Assembly: GCA_964358595.1 (NCBI GenBank)
Contig: CAYHQJ010000004.1
Location: 1 to 37,765, forward strand
Origin: an uncultured Gemmatimonadales bacterium
Lineage (GTDB): Bacteria; Gemmatimonadota; Gemmatimonadetes; Gemmatimonadales; JACORV01
Length of the DNA: 37,765 nt
Direction: 5' to 3'
The notes under the pieces are model-generated. The model had not been told where the DNA came from, did no database searches, and was given only the letters and a program-made list of their open reading frames with translations. Shown in pieces: positions 36,996 to 37,765 of this stretch. The stretch's first letter is position 1, and each line of letters begins with the position of its first letter. The position numbers and the translations under genes were made by a program.

Positions 36996-37765
36996 ACGCG
37001 CTTGCGCATCCGCGCCGAGAGGATGCCGAGCTGGTCGCGGTACTTGGCCACGGTGCGGCGCGCGATGCGCACGCCCCGCTCGCGCAGCTTCTGGACGATC
37101 TGCTGGTCGGTGAGCGGGTCCAGCGCGCTCTCCTCGTCCACCAGCCTCTGGATCTGCGCCTTGATCGAGCGCGCGCTGGCGTCTTCCCCGGTCGTGGTCG
37201 AGAGGGCGCTCGAGAAGAAGAACTTGAGCTGGAGCACGCCGCGCGGCGTCTGCACCCACTTCTCGTTGGTCACGCGGCTCACCGTGCTCTCGTGCATGTT
37301 GATGACCTCCGCGACCTCGCGCAGCGTGAGCGGCCTGAGGTACTCGATGCCCTTCTCGAAGAAGTCGTGCTGCCGGTCCACGATGAAGTTCATCACCTTG
37401 AGCATCGTCTGGCGGCGCTGCTCGATCGCCTGGATCATCCACTGGGCGCTGTTGAGGCGCTGGGTGATGAACTCCCGGTTCTCGCCCACGAACTTCTTCT
37501 TGTCGCGCGCGACCTCCCGGTAGGCGCGCGCGAGGCGCAGCCGCGGCAGGTTCGTGTCGTTGAGGAAGACGTGGTACTTCCCGTCCACCTTGTCGACGAC
37601 GAGGTCGGGGATGATGTAGTCCTCGCCGCCGGAGCCGTGGCGCAGCCCCGGCTTCGGGTCGAGCTTGGCGATCTCGTCGGCGGCAGCCTGCACCTCGGCG
37701 GCCCCGATCCCGAGCCGCTTGGCGAGGTCGCTCCAGCGGTGGGCGATGAGGTCGGGGAACGCCTC
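36992..37765 (-). CDS. rpoN: RNA polymerase sigma-54 factor, C-terminal part (5' end outside window)
   Basis: LDPKPG, PLTLREVAEVINMHESTVSR, TPRG..LKFFF and the RpoN box ARRTVAKYR. Confidence 0.97.
   Translation of the reverse strand, partial: EAFPDLIAHRWSDLAKRLGIGAAEVQAAADEIAKLDPKPGLRHGSGGEDYIIPDLVVDKVDGKYHVFLNDTNLPRLRLARAYREVARDKKKFVGENREFITQRLNSAQWMIQAIEQRRQTMLKVMNFIVDRQHDFFEKGIEYLRPLTLREVAEVINMHESTVSRVTNEKWVQTPRGVLQLKFFFSSALSTTTGEDASARSIKAQIQRLVDEESALDPLTDQQIVQKLRERGVRIARRTVAKYRDQLGILSARMRKRV

Overview
This is a GC-rich core-chromosome segment from a diderm (lipid A-making) bacterium. The LpxC-FabZ fusion, bshC and the gene order suggest the FCB group, probably Gemmatimonadota; this is inference. 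Two tightly coupled gene blocks converge on a short AT-rich spacer at about 29.9 kb that holds a 28-bp XerCD dif-like site, so the window probably spans the replication terminus. The + strand block (1-29849) runs clpC(partial)-bamA-skp-lpxD-lpxC/fabZ-lpxA-gnnA-like-lpxB-lpxK-gdh-AMMECR1-methyltransferase-bshC-small membrane protein-murJ-uvrC-thrC, then a secreted TPR protein, tRNA-Gly(CCC), DUF512 radical-SAM-like-der-plsY-gpsA-merR-GT2-surE-pcm-dedA-acyP-apt, tRNA-Arg(CCT) and a YfgM-like protein. The - strand block (30017-37765) runs rpoN(partial)-GT2-GT4-flippase-like-YfhO GT-C-polyprenol-P-mannose synthase-like-dapF. The best candidate for an undescribed system is general protein O-glycosylation: the window has a lipid-linked glycosylation operon with no obvious acceptor, plus exported proteins enriched in the Bacteroidetes-type D-(S/T)-(A/I/L/V/M/T) sequon (12 copies in the TPR protein). 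Other leads are an N-methyl-bacillithiol-type methyltransferase coupled to bshC and possible diaminoglucose lipid A. I saw no mobile elements, CRISPR arrays or rRNA. All assignments come from motif recognition by eye; no database searches were run.
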